This document shows, in pieces, positions 1 through 13,954 of a stretch of DNA of 64,000 nt. The translations under genes were made by a program, and so were the position numbers. A model generated the notes under the pieces. The model made no database searches and had not been told where the DNA came from. It saw only the letters and a list, made by a program, of their open reading frames with translations. Source of the DNA: Octopus vulgaris (lineage: Eukaryota); NCBI GenBank assembly GCA_951406725.2, contig OX597824.1, positions 54,064,001 to 54,128,000 of the forward strand, read 5' to 3'. Position 1 is the first letter of the stretch; every line of letters begins with the position of its first letter.

Positions 1-1595
1 ATTTGCAAGCAACAGAAAGCTGTTGAAGAATTGTGGCAAAGTGTGGATATCCCAAAAAATTCATCACAATATATACATGATGGTATACTGGCCAGATTTC
101 AAAGCAACAAAGATATCAAAACCATTCTCTCTCTCCAATGGAGTGAAATAGGCTTATGTCCTTGCTCCTACCCTGTTCAGCCTCATATTTTCAGATGCCT
201 TTTAAAGACACAGATATTAATATTGTAACTATCATAAAAACCCATGTAATTTTTGCACATTTTTTCACAAAAACAAAAATAAATTTTTGGTGAGTGCATA
301 AATTACATCAATAGATCATTTCCAGAATTTTTTTAGAAATTTCTTTTGCTGAAAAATGACATGCAAGAAGTTAACTCATTTAATGTCAGAATATGTTTTT
401 ACAAACTTTTTGAAGTTTGATGGCCATGCTGGTAATCACAGTCCAGGCCATATTTTACATTGATTGGAGTTTCTACCTATCGCAATGGAGCCCAGCAATT
501 TCCTTCAATTGATCAGTTTTTCTCCACTTGGAGAATGTAGCTTGCATTTTCTCACTTTCTCCAAATTACGACACAATGAAATTCCTCACTGCCGATATCA
601 CCTCTTTCTGCATCTAATGTCGACAACAACATCATCATCATAATTCATCCTTGCACACGTAAACTCACTAAAATAATCACTTTGTAATATAAAACCTCCA
701 AATAAAGTACCATTACACAAAATTATCATTGATATAATAATATATAAATCATTATCTTTTATATTTTCATATACTAGACTTTTTACATCTCCTCATACCA
801 CATATATAGATATACGTATAGAAAATAGTTAAACACTCCAAATATACCAATTAATATATTTATATCTCCACTTAATAAAAATTCAATAATTAAATCTTTT
901 GAATAAAACCCAGCCAAAAACGGAAATCCACACAATAATTCCTACAGAAACCTTTATTTACCTTATACAATGTTTAATGTCGTTTCACATTCATGTTGAA
1001 TTATGCAGCAATCTTATGTTCTCTTCATAGAACACTTGTAATGTATGTATTAGCAGTTCTTTTGGTGTAGTAGATTTTTGCTATTCTTGTTTGTCTTCTC
1101 ACAGACATGTATATTCTAACAATTAGCTTCTTAAAATTCGCACCTCTCTTGTTCAATAAAAACTGAGTTAAACTTGCAAAGCTGTTTATTTTCTCCTTTT
1201 GATTTTTAATGTTTATTTTAGCGGGTTAACAAACTATCAGTTTGGCCTCCCAGCTAAAAAGGTAATGACAAATTTTAAAGTTTGCTTGACATTTTGTAAG
1301 GGTGAAAGGGATTAAAATTTCGATAACTCTGTATCAAAGGTTCTGACAAGAATAGGCAGAAAATCAGAGCTTGAGACAAGAAGACGCTTTCGACTAATCA
1401 GAATTCTTTTTACATAATCAGTTTGATCAGTCACCTTTATCGGTTGAGTAAAGTATTATCCAAGCTGATGTTTATTGGTAATTCAACTTATTTTGCAATA
1501 CTTGTGCGTATTTATCAGCTTTGTTTTTGTTGACAGGAATTATCAACAACTTTTCCTGTGATCATGATTTGAAAAAACATACAGAAGTATGTTAA

Positions 1596-3084
1596 CCCTT
1601 TCGTTACTAACCCAGCCCCAAAATTTTTTGGTTCATAATACCAACCCGGCCAAGAGAACCTATTGTTATTTAAATGTAAATTTGAACCCAAATCTCATTG
1701 GTACATTTGTTAAAACACGTGATTTCACTTTGTAAATAGTTGGGTTATAGTATCCGACATTGCTTGACCTGATATCTGAACTCAGTGAATTTTGGGAGAT
1801 TTTTTTCCACATTTTTTTCGACATCGATTTTTCTTCAACTTTGAAAATGGATAGGAGTTTCATGTTATCAAGCATTGATTCCAAATTTAAAGCTTTTTCA
1901 ACAGAAAATAGGGAGATATCAAGAAAAAGAATGAATGAGGTACAAAAGCACATGGTGTACGAGAATGACTAGGATATTTCGGTATCCAAAACTGAAAGCA
2001 GCGATTCTGAAGAAACTGAAAGCGGCGATAGCAACAGCAAATACGATTTTACATCGGAATAAAGTAAAAGCTTTAAAAATGTTTTTATTAGTAATTTTTC
2101 TGAGGAGATGGGGTCTATCCATAGTCTTTCTTAGGAAGCGAAACAGTTAGACTTTTATTTTTTTCAGTATGCTTGTTTGAAGTGATCACTGCAGAAACAA
2201 ACTGTTACGCAGAATGTAAACAAACACAAAATGGGGGATCAAAGTTCGGAAAATTTGTGAAGCAAATACTGGGTACTGCTGTGGATTTAGTTTTTATACA
2301 GGGAAAATAGTATTAGTCAGCATGGCTTAGGGTACGATGTAGTCTGGAAGTTATTGTTTGAAGTGATCACTGTGGAAACAAATTTACGCAGAATGTAAAC
2401 AAACACAAAATGGGGGATCAAAGTTTGGAAAATTTGTGAAGCAAATACTGGGTACTGCTGTGGATTTAGTTTTTATACAGGGAAAATAATGTTAGTCAGC
2501 ATGGCCTAGGGAACGATGTGGTCTGGAATTTATCACTTCCATACCATAACTAGGGCCATATATTATTTTTTGACCGATTTCTTTAGTTCGGTCAAACTTG
2601 CTGTGGATTTAGGTGGATTCCAGTATTTCAATTTATTCCACCTTTATGGTACACCTGTTGTGCATTAAATTCAACTGATGATCTAGTGATGTGCACAATT
2701 CTTCTTTATCAAAATTTAGTTGCATACCCAATTGAATATTAGCTGATGATTCATTTTCTTTTTTTTATATATATTTATTTTATCTAGTTTCAGCTCACGA
2801 GCTGCGGCCATGCTGGGGCTGTTTAAACAAAATTTTAATATTTTTACCTTTTGCTCAATTTACCTGGATTTACCTGTAATTAAAGTCACTTTGAGACAAA
2901 AGTTATGCAATAGAGCTGATTAAGAACCCTTTCTTTAATCATGTTCCAAATATCACATTAATATGTTGATAAGTAAAAAAAGTTACAGTTATTTAATGAA
3001 GCAAGCCTAAATTCATGATTATTTTAGAATTTAATTGAAACTCATGAGGGGTGTATTTTGGTCAGAAATATAGCAACGAAAGGG
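1596..3084 (+). mobile_element. piggyBac-family deletion derivative
   Basis: TTAA target duplications at 1592-1595 and 3085-3088. TIRs are CCCTTTCGTT...AACGAAAGGG. Internal remnant reads KWGIKVWKICEANTGYCCGFSFYTG..GHILFFDRF (PGBD-type transposase), with a ~180 bp tandem duplication (2174-2530). Confidence 0.88.
2770..2819 (-). mobile_element. Extreme 3' end of the CR1-type LINE family seen at 56251-57775
   Basis: Reverse complement ccccagcatggccgcagctcgtgagctgaaactaga is identical to the LINE 3' end at ~57725-57760. Confidence 0.75.
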
Positions 3085-3399
3085 TTAAAGATCGGACATA
3101 ATCTCTGGCGGGCAAGAAACGTAAAATAAAGTTTATTATAAACAACACAAACACTTCATAATTTAATAGCTTTCAATGGGATACCTGTTAAATTATTTTT
3201 ATTTGATGAAAATTTCATAAAATCTAATCATAAGTAAGTGAAATTATGCTAAATACAACTAAATTGAAAACCTTTTTCCCCTGGCCATATTGGCAATTCT
3301 GAAAATTTTGGGGTGCAAATCTTACACTAGTAGAAGCTTTTTGTAACAATTTTTATCCTGAAAATCACCTACGTAAATTACACAGGTGCGCAAATTACA

Positions 3400-4085
3400 T
3401 GGGTTTTTACAGTAGATACCACACTGATGCTCAGGCTTAAATCTTAGGAGTCTTTCAACAAAAACAAAGGTTTCAATAGATAACCACAATGACTTTTTGT
3501 TTGCCAAAGACTGTGCACTCAACATTGACTCAATGGTTGATATGCAATACAGTGTTGAGAAGTTTTCTGATGTCTAAAAATTTCAACCTGACAATCAGTA
3601 CAAATACATCAGGCAGCTCCAAGAAAGACAGATGTTGAACCCAACCATCATCAATGGACAACAGCTGAATGCGGTAGACAAGTTAACCTACCTGGAAGGT
3701 ATACTCTCTTTAACTGCCATCAATAATGACAAAATGAATACCAAACTTGCTAAGGACAGTGCCACATTCAAAATACTTCACAAGAATAGGTGGGGCAGGA
3801 GAGCATCACTGCAGAGACAATGATCAAGGTTTACCAAGTCATAGTTCTCACCCCATTGTTCTATAGACTGTCTGCCAATAACATCAAAGGAAGTTGAACT
3901 GCTACTGTACTGCCCATCTGAGAAAAATTCTTGGCATTAGGATAGCAAGACAGGATTCTTAATACAGAGGCACTCTCTCATACTGAACTGTTCAGCGTCC
4001 ACATAATTCTGATGCAATTACAACTGTACTGGGCAGGTCACGCAGTTTGGATGCCAAAACACTACCTCCTAAAGTAACTGCTCTT
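3400..4085 (+). mobile_element. Old degraded RTE (BovB-like) LINE fragment, RT C-terminal part
   Basis: Broken frames resemble NLRRL..KTKVS..DFLFA(D)DCALN, then LNAVDKLTYL and the L.WAGH motif. Confidence 0.65.
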
Positions 4086-4479
4086 TCTAACCTAAACTAT
4101 TGTGATGTTTAATCAAGTCGTAAGTCTGAATTACAAGTTTATATATATATATTACAATTTATATTATACATTACAATATAAAAAGGAAAAAGTATCATGA
4201 TTTCCCATATCCTTTTCCTTACAAAATTTCCGGTAAAGAGCTACCATCACTGCTCTATCATGTTTTATATTTATGTGGGGGGAGGGAGGAATTGTTGTTA
4301 TTATCCTCATAAGGACAGTAGATGGGAGAATTGGAGTCATACTCAATAAAATTCCTAGTGGTGTTTAATTATCTTAAAATTCATTTATGTTCTTAGTTCA
4401 AATTTAGCTTGAGTTAATTTTACCTTTCATTCTACTAGAATCAACTATATTCCTTCCTATAATTTATAATCTTGAACCC

Positions 4480-5290
4480 ATATTGATAACAGAGTTGGGA
4501 CCTATATACACTGGAAGCTATGCCAACACTATAGAATGACAAAGAGAAAACAGATGGTATAGGCGGCGACTTGGCAGAATCGTTAGCACGCCGGGCGAAA
4601 TGCTTATCGGTATTTCGTCTGCCGCTACGTTGTGAGTTCAAATTCCGCCGAGGTCGACTTTACCTTTCATCCTTTCGGGGTCGATAAATTAAGTACCAGT
4701 TACGCATTGGGGTCGATGTAATCGACTTAATACCTATGTCTGTCCTTGTTTGTCCCTTCTATGTTTGGCCCCTTGTGGGTAATAAAGAAATAGGTATAGG
4801 CATTTCCTAGAAAAGGTCTCAGAAAATGACAAAGCAACTATAATCTGCGATATGTCAATACACAGAGAGATTAAGGTTAATAGACCAGATATAGTTGTCT
4901 GAGATCATCAAGAACAAAATGCTTTCTAATAAAACTTGTATCAGTCCAAACAGATGATCATGTATCTCTAAAAGAAATGAAGAAACCCTCAAAATACAAA
5001 GATTTGTTAATAGAGATAATCCGAATGTGGAGCCTAAAAAACTGAACCAACTCTTATAATATTAGGTGCATTAGGTATGATTAAAAAATATACAAATACA
5101 TAACCAAAACACTAAGATTTATAAATATACATATCATGCGGAAAATAGCACTACTAGGCACTGCACACATCCTACATAAAGCACTTTCAATACAATGAAA
5201 ATAACACCACCAAAACAAACCACAGTAACTACCCAAGGCACACAGAGCTGTGCTCGGTAGTGCAGTGAAAGCATATGATAAAAAAAAACT
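4480..5290 (+). mobile_element. R4/Dong-like non-LTR retrotransposon 3' remnant (restriction-like endonuclease region), interrupted by a SINE
   Basis: Frames give YIHWKLCQHY, NRPDIVV, SKYKDLLIEIIRMW, ILGALG and IALLGTAHILHKAL, typical of R4/Dong C-termini. Confidence 0.75.
4562..4792 (+). mobile_element. tRNA-headed SINE (MetaSINE-like), young copy
   Basis: A box (TGGCAGAATCG), B box (GAGTTCAAATTCC) and a cctttcatcctttcggggtcgataaa..aagtaccag core. The sequence ggtataggc is duplicated at 4556-4564 and 4793-4801. Confidence 0.8.
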
Positions 5291-5629
5291 ATTGAAAAAT
5301 AACAACACAATATCTAAAGATATTAAGAGAAATATAAAAGAAATTGGAATAGAGTGGTAAGAGATAGCTTGACTGTGGAAAATGAAAAAAGATAGTGCAA
5401 ATTATTGTTGGGATCTTGGGTACAGTATCAGAAGTTATTAAGAAGTATTAGAAATAGAGTCCAGTAAGATTACAACAAAAAGTCTGTCTCTTTAGCACAG
5501 CCAAAATCATCAGGAAAGAATTAGATAGCTCATAACAGATAGCTTGGTACTGTAGCAGCAGGTAGCAAGCCTACAATTCATACAAGACCCCAGGACTTCC
5601 AACAAAAGTGGAGTTAAAATAATGATACT

Positions 5630-6530
5630 AGTCTTTTCTACTATAGGCACAAGGCCTAAAATTTGGGAGGGGACTAGTCAATTACATCAACCCCAGTGTT
5701 TCACTGGCCCTCAATTTATCAACCCCGAAAGGATGAAAGGAAAAGTCTACTTTGGCAGACTTGAACGATAATAATTATTATTATTATTATTATTATTAAG
5801 GTGACATGCTGGTAGAATCGTTGAAATGCTTAATAGTATTTTGCCTGTTGTTATATTCTGAGTTCAAATTCCACCGAGGTTGATTTTGCCTTTCATCCTT
5901 TCAGGGTAGATAAATTAAGTACCAGTGAAATACTGGGGGTCAATGTAATTGACTTACTCTTTCTCCCAAAATTTCAGGCCTTGTGCCTATAGTAGAAAGG
6001 ATTATTATTATTAGTGGTTAGGGTGTTGCACTCATAGTCATGAGATCAGATTTCCAATTCCTAGACTGGACATTGTGTTCTTAAGCAAAACATTTCATCT
6101 CACATTGCTCTGTGATCATTTTAACGTCTGATGCTTGGTACACCATGTACCTCTTCAAGCAATGTCGATTTGATGGAGGAAGTGAGCTAATGTATGACAC
6201 ACATTTGATCACTATAAACAAATCATTTGTGCAAGTCATTTAGCAGAAGCTGAACATTCATGTTGTCTTCAACAGGAGAATCTGTTATTATTATTGTTAT
6301 TATTATGTCACAAGGCAATAAGCTGGCAGAATAGTTAATATTCCAGGCAAAATTCTTAGTGGTATTTTGTCCATCTTCACGTTCTGAGTTCTAATTACAC
6401 TGAGGTTGCCATTGCCTTTCAACCTTTTGAGGTCAATAAAATAAGTACCAGTTAAACACAGAGGTAGGTGTAATCAACTTACCCCTCTCTTGAAATTGCT
6501 GGCCTTGTGCCAAAATTTGAAATCATTATT
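5630..6530. mobile_element. Cluster of older SINE copies (5630-5765 -, 5798-6010 +, 6015-6290 other family, 6312-6530 +)
   Basis: Same core as 4562-4792 in both orientations, separated by (ATT)n. Confidence 0.7.
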
Positions 6531-6856
6531 ATATCATGAAAAGTCTCAACTTTATTTTGCTGGGTATGATGGAAAGTGTCAGCTGCCCACAGCCAGCAGA
6601 CTAAGGCAATATTTGTTTACTGATCATGCTTCAAGAATCCTCCAGAGTACTCTTGCAGTTCCAAGCAATGATGGTTTTTTTTATAGGTGTTCCATCTTTA
6701 CATTCATTTCCATCTATTTGAGTCATGTTGGCAGTCAGGTACTGATGCTTTCAAGTGCACCAATAACCATTGCTTTCACATCCACTTTTTCTATTGCTCA
6801 TAACCTCTGTATTTCCCACCCTAATTCATTATAGTTGTTCACTTTAAAATAATAAT

Positions 6857-9800
6857 CATCATCATCATCATTTAACGTCCACTTTCCATGCTAGCATGGG
6901 TTGGACGATTTTGACTGAGGGCTGCGGAACCAGATGGCTGCACCAGGCTCCAATCTTGATCTGGCAAAGTTTCTACAGCTGGACGCCCTTCCTAATGCCA
7001 ACCACTCCAAGAGTGTAGTGGGTGCTTTTTACCTACCACTTGCATGGTGGCCAGTCAGGGAGTACAGGCAATAACCTCGCTCGAATCTTTTTACACATGC
7101 CACCAGCACAGGTGCCAGTAAGGCGACGCTGGTAACGATCATGCACGAATGGTGCCCTCTGGCAACGATCAGGCTTGGATGGTTCTTCTGGCACCCTCCT
7201 AGCACAGGCACAAATGCCAGTAAGGCAACACTGGTAACGATCAAACTCGAATGGTGCCACTAGCATGGAAGCCAGTTAGCCGCTCTGTCAATGATCACAC
7301 TCATATGGTGCTCTTTGCACCCTGCTAGCACAGATGCCAGTCATCAAATTTGATTTTGATTTCACTTGCCTCAACAGGTCTTCGCAAGCAGAGTTTAGTG
7401 TCCAAAGAAGGAAAAGGTATGCATAAGTGGGCTGGTTACACTCCTGGCATAGGCCACGGGCTATGGTCCCATTTAGCTTGCCGGGTCTTAAGCACAGGAT
7501 ATTTCCAAAAGTCTCGGTCACTAGTCATTTCCTTAGTGAGGCCTAAAGTTCGAAGGTTGTGCTTCACCACTTCATCCCAGGTCTTCCTGAGTCTACCTCT
7601 TCCACAGGTTCCCTTAACCGCTAGGGTGTGGCACTTTTTCACACAGCTATCCTCATCCATTCTCGCCACATGACCATACCAGCGGAGTCATCTCTCTTGC
7701 ATACCACATCTGATGCTTCTTAGGTCCAACATTTCTCTCAAGATACTTATACTCTGTCGAGTAGGCACACTGACATTACACATCCATCGGATCATACTGG
7801 CTTCATTCCTTGGGAGCTTACGCATGTCCTCAGCAGTCACAGCCCATGTTTCACTGCCATGTAGCATGGTTGTTCATACACAAGTGTCATACAGTCTACT
7901 TTTAACTCTGAGAGAGAGGCCCTTTGTCACCAGCAGAGGTACGAGCTCTCTGAACTTAGCCCAGGCTATTCTTATTCTAGCAGCTACACTTTCAGTGCAC
8001 CTTCCTCCGCTAATGATTTGGTCACCTAGGTAACAGAAGCTATCAACTACTTCTAGTTTTCTCCCTGGAATGTGGCAGAAGTTGCTCTCTGCACATTTTC
8101 AGTGTTATATATAGCTCCTGAGCATCTGACACATATGAAAACTATCCTCCCAGTTAGCCTTCCTTTCATATTGCTGCACCTCTTATGTGTCCATACCTTA
8201 CACTGGGTACATCTTATAGAGTTTCTACCAACAGCTCTACTACACATTGGGCAGGGCCATCTACCTGAAGGGATTTGTGGTTTGCCTGCCTTCCTACATA
8301 TTAGGACTTTGGTTTTAGCTAGGTTGACTCTAAGGCCCTTCGATTCTAATCTTGAAACTTCTCTAGTTCTGATAGTGACTCAGCAATTAGAGCAAGGTCA
8401 TCAGCATAGAGGAGCTCCCAGGTACATCCTGTCTTGAATTCCTCTGTTATTGCCTGGAGGACTATGATAGGGGGCTGAGCGCTGAACGTTGGTAGACCCC
8501 AACCTCTACCTTGAATTCTTCAGTGTACTCGTTGCCAACCCTCAACTTATTTACAGCGTCCCTGTACATGGCTTGCACAGCTCTCACTAACCATTCATCT
8601 ATCCCTAGTTTCCTCATTGACCACCAGATAAGGGATTGGGGGACCCTGTCAAAGGCTTTCTCCATGTCAACGAAAGCCAGGTACAGGGGCTTATATTTGG
8701 CTAGGTATTTCTCCTTCAGCTGTCTTCCTAGAAATATGGCATCTGTGGTGCTTTTCCCTGGCACGAAACCAAACTGCATCTCATCTAAGCTGACTCCCTA
8801 ATCAGTTGGGCTATGACCCTCTCCATAACCTTCATTACCTGATCCAAGCATAACCTTTACCTTTGTATCAGTTGACTATTATGCTGCTACACCAGTCATT
8901 GGGTACGACTCCTTCATGTATCACCTGGTTAACTATACCGGTGACTAGGCTATAGCTGACACTGCCAGATATTTTGAGCATCTCTGCAGTAATTCCTGAT
9001 GGGCCGGGGGGCTTTCCCTGTCTTCATACTTCTAATTGCTTTATCTACCAAGGTACTGTAGAAAATCGATGAACATCAATGGAATTTGTATTTTTGTGGT
9101 ACCAGTGCCGGTGGCACATAAGAAAACCATCCGAACGTGGCCGTAGCCAGTACCACATCGACTGGCCTCCGTGCTGTGGGCACATAACAAACACCATCTG
9201 ATTGTGGCCGTGTCAGGCTTGTCAGGCCTCCGTGCCGGTGGCACGTAAAAAACACCATCCGAGCATGGCCGTTCGCCAGCCTCGTCTGGCACCTGTGTCG
9301 GTGGCACATAAAAAACACCACCCGAGCGTGGCCGTTCGCCAGCCTCGTCTGGCACCTGTGTCGGTGGCACATAAAAAACACCGTCCGAGCGTGGCCATTC
9401 GCCAGCCTCGTCTGGCACCTGTGTCAGTGGCACATAAAAAGCACCCACTACACTCACGGAGTGGTTGGTGTTAGGAAGGGCATCCAGCTGTAGAAACACT
9501 GCCAGATCTGACTGGCCTGGTGCAGCCTTCGGGCTTCCCAGACCACAGTTGAACCATCCAACCCATGCTAGCATGGAAAGCGGACATTAAACGATGATGA
9601 TGATGTACTGTCAACTCGGATAGCTGGTCCCTCGGTTGGGTCGACATTCGGCAGACTCTTTTTCTCTCATTCATTTTCTTTATTCAGCAACCTTTCATAT
9701 TGGAGTCATACAACATCATGATTCTCTCTCACATACTGTCTTGCAACACGAAATACCTCAAGTCTTTGGTCCTCATGGCACAGAACATTGGCAATTTTTT

Positions 9801-10716
9801 TCTCATCTGCTTCCCCTTTGTCTAAATAAACCTGCCTCCTAGCTTCTCTTTTGGCAGTCTGATATACTTCCCTGCTACCAAGTCCTTCCAAGCCTGTTTC
9901 TTTTGTCTAATAGCCCTGTCAATAACATTGTTCCACCACTATGTTATTTTGGGTCGAGAAGAGACTTTGCACCATCCACAGATCTGGTCGGGGGCCTGAG
10001 CAGGTTGTCCCGTAGGAACCTCCAGTTGTCTTCTACACCATATGAAGCTATATCCCCTTCTATTTCATCAAAGGCTATGAGTAACATGTCTCTAAATCTC
10101 TGTCCATTTGCAGGATCTTTAAGTCTCTAGACCCCTCTTCTCCTTGCTGGTTGTCTTCTGGGCATCCATTTAGCCCTGAACTGAAGTCAATAACTACCAG
10201 TCTATGTTGTGGGGTACATTCTTCACCTGGGAAGGTTTTGGCATTTATAAGCAGCCATCTTTCCTTTTTTCTGGTGAGGATGTAGTCAATCTGACTAGTG
10301 AGTTTGCCAGAGCGGTAGGTGACTAGGTGACTGGCAGGTTTTCTGAAGTTAGTACTGCAAACCATAAGATCATTTGCATCACAGAACTCCAGCTGCCTGG
10401 TTCCCTCCATGTATGCCATGGAAGCCCCCGACATGTTGTCCAACATGTCCATTGAAGTCACCAGCCACAAAGAGAAGGTCCCTGTCATTCGTCAACACGG
10501 TAGTCTGCATGAGGGTGTCATAGAATCAGTCTTTCTGTCCATCGGGTAGCCCTGGCTGAGGGGCATAGGCCAAGATAATGGTTGCTAACCCATGATGGAG
10601 CACTAATCTAATCTTAAGTATTCTGTTGCATACTCTGACTACCTCAATTACCTTATCTACCCATTTCTCCGCAAGAAGTATACCTACACACCCAACCCCG
10701 TCAGTGTTCCCTGCCC
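6857..10716 (-). mobile_element. RTE-clade LINE, near full length (APE + RT), inactivated
   Basis: ORF fragments GVGILLAEKW, AYAPQ, SQIDYIL, QHRLVV, MQFGFVPGKSTTDAIF, DMEKAFD, LYADD and GRGRLRKTW. (GAT)n tail at 6857-6870. Confidence 0.93.
9060..9604 (+). mobile_element. RTE 3'-UTR unit inserted in opposite orientation into the RTE copy
   Basis: Six ggtggcac(g/a)taaaaa(g)cacc units and a (GAT)n tail. 7-bp TSD gtactgt at 9053-9059 and 9605-9611. Confidence 0.85.
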
Positions 10717-12849
10717 AGAAATAATAATAATTGTTATTATCTAATAGCAACAGGTTCACAGAAATACTAAGGTGCCAAAGAAAATACCTTAGCATTTATT
10801 GCAACTGATGAACAATAGTATCATAGAGTACAGGCCAATCACTGGTTCACCACATTTCACTATACACAAGAACCCACTACCTTCTGACATAGGCATGTTT
10901 GTAGCTCAGGGCAAAACAAATATCACAAAAGGCTTTATTCAGAAAGTATGTTTGTTTACATCCTTTGCTGATCTACTCTGTCAACAGACACATGCATTAA
11001 CTTGGTTTACATCTAATTTCCCATGCCAGCATTGGACAAAGGCTTATTATTGAGGCATTGTTTTATGGCCAGATGCTCTTCCTGTTGCCAACCTTTACCT
11101 GTTTTGAAGTATGGGAATTTTTATAACATGTCTTTGAAATTACAGAGATAGAGAATGATTTGTACATAGATAATGTCAACATAATGTCACTATTTTTCTT
11201 GCTAAAACAGTTTCATAAAAAGACACAATGTAAGCATACACACACACATACATACATACATACACAATGGACTTCCATACAGTTTCTGTTTACCAATTCC
11301 AGTCACAAGCCATTAGTCAGGCTGGAGATATAGTAGCCAGTATTTGCCCAAAATGCCATGCAATGAGATAGAACTCAAAAGCATATAGCTATGAAGTGAA
11401 CTCCATATCCATCCAGTAATGCCTATGACATTAAATGATGATGATATATATGACAAGCTTTCACACAGTTTTGGTTTACCAAATTCTACCTTCAAGGTAT
11501 TCATCTATCTGAAGCAGAAGACATTGATTGCCAAGGTACCTCACAAACGGTCTTAATCCCAGACTAAATAACTGACAACAAAATAAACTTGGCTTCAAAT
11601 TCTACCACAGAATGAAAATCAGTAAGTATTTGAGGAATGAAATGGAACAAACAAATTTGTCAATAGTTCCATTTTTTTTTTACATTACATAACCTAAAAT
11701 TAATGTTTCAGAAGTTACTATAGATTTATTTGGAATGTTTCCTGTCTATTTTAGAAAGACTTGACATAAATTATCCCTGTGAGGGGAAAGAAGAGATGAA
11801 ATTATAAATTACACTAATGAAATTATTTCCTTTTATTACCAATACAAAACTGCAAAATCCCCCATTTTCTTGATATACAAAAACATTGTATAACTGGAAA
11901 ATATTAAAAATCAATATTAAAGTAATTGATAAATAAAGACATTTTTCTGTGTCTATGCCACACAATTTTGTAATATAATACAACTTTTATATTACTGCAA
12001 GTACTGAGAGAGGAGAACAGAGGTTTATGTAAAAGAGAGTAAGGAGAGAAAGAAAAGATAAAAAGTATCAGAAAATAAAGAGAAAGAGGTGAAAGACAGA
12101 AGGCTACAAGAGACAAAGAGGAGAAGGAAAAAGGTAACAAAAATGAAATAGAATATAAAAAGAATGGGATAGCTAGAAAGGAGAGAAAGAGGAAGACAAA
12201 AAGCAGAATCAGAAAGCAAAAAGAGCAAAAGATACAGAACAGGGGAGAAGAGAAAGAATAAAGTAGGGAGAAAAAAGATAGAAGAAGGAAGAGAAGAATG
12301 CAATTTAGAAAAGTCGATGATGATGATGATGATGATGTAATAGAATTTTTGCAAAAGACTTATTCCATCAATTCAGAGAGAGATACATTTTAGAAATAAA
12401 CTAGTTCAGAAAAACTACATTAATCATTCTGCTCTCAAGACTGTCAAAAAATCTATGCAAGACGGCCAAACAAGATTGAGATACTAAAGAATACAAGCTT
12501 AAAATAAGTTTAAAAAATAATACCATTGTTTGTTAAACTCATGATAACAATCATTCACATGACAGAGTTTTGATTACTTTAAAGATATGTAGTATAAAGA
12601 AAAAACTGTTGAAGTTATATATGTATCTGTATTTTGTAGTAGATTAATCAAAATACGTCCACAAAAAGACAAATTATGGCATAGTTTGTTTTTTATGATG
12701 ACACTAAACATTATTTACTACCGATAATTTATAAGTTAATTTATAAGTATATAATATCATGGCATGCTCAGCTCCTCCTGCATTGCTAAAAACTACTTAG
12801 TAGATTAATAAAAACACCCACCACTACCACCACCATCCTCACATGCTTC

Positions 12850-13640
12850 CCAGGTCCACAAGCTTAGAGCTACCACAAACATGGGCACAATAAAAAGTAG
12901 GTTCGATGAGATTGTTGAAATACTTGGTCAGAAGCATGTAAATGTGTGCTGTGTGCAAAAGGAATGATAGAGGTGAACTTCAACTAGACTGCTTGTGAGC
13001 AAAGAACATAGATAAAAATTATGGGTGGGCAACAAGAATGGCTGGGTGGAGGTATCCTTCAGACAGAGAAATGGGTGGATAAGGTGACTGAGTTAGGGTA
13101 TGCAATAGGAATATTAAGCTAAGAACAGTCTTGATTAATGTGCCATTTATCTCTGCATATGCTCCACATGTCAGACTGGCAGATGTTCAGAAGCACCATT
13201 TCTATGAATCCCTCCAACAAAAAACACCAACATTACCATCAAAGTTAGAGACTTCAGTGGTCATATTGGAAAGCACTGATGGATTTCATAGCATGCATGG
13301 AGGTTATGGTTTTAGTTCTAGAACTGAGGAAGGAACAAGGTTGTTGAAGTTTTTTTTAGGTAAATGACTTACTGGTTTGCAATACCAACTTCAGGAAACT
13401 TGTCAGCCATTTGATCATTTATTAGTCTGGTGGACACACTAGCCAGACTGACTACATTTTCAACAGAAACAGGGACAGGTGGATGCTCATGAAAGCAAAG
13501 TCCTTCCTAGATGAAGAATGTACAACTCAACAAAGGTTAGTGGTTAGCAACTTCAGACTTAGGGCTAGAAGGACCCAGAGATTGATATGGAATAGGAGAT
13601 TACAGAAGTTCAAAGAACAGAGATTTAGAGGTATTGCTGA
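12850..13640 (+). mobile_element. Degraded RTE endonuclease-domain fragment
   Basis: ISAYAPH, HGGYGF...EEGTRLL and EECTTQQRLVVSNF are homologous to the other RTE copies. Confidence 0.75.
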
Positions 13641-13954
13641 CTTGAATTTTGAAATGCTCTTTTGTCAAGTATCAATTTGTCAAAAAAGCTTTATTTATAA
13701 CAGTATTAACATATGGAATAATATTTTACCATGAAAGCTAAAAAAACATTTTTCCACTGTCAAATTTCAAAAAATCATTAGAAACCCACCTGCTGAAACA
13801 AAGTCATTTATAAACTTTATTTTATAGACCTACAGTTTTCATAACATTTGTAACATTCTATATTTCCAGACTTAAAGAGATTTACTTTTTGTATACATTT
13901 TTGACCATCTTGCTTGCATGCAAAGGATGTTCTTTTTTTTTGATAATTACTGAC

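Noticed and set aside
9100-9450. Repeat-spacer pattern resembling a CRISPR array
   Set aside because: The spacers are themselves homologous, the array is part of an RTE 3' UTR with a GAT tail, the context is eukaryotic and there are no cas genes.
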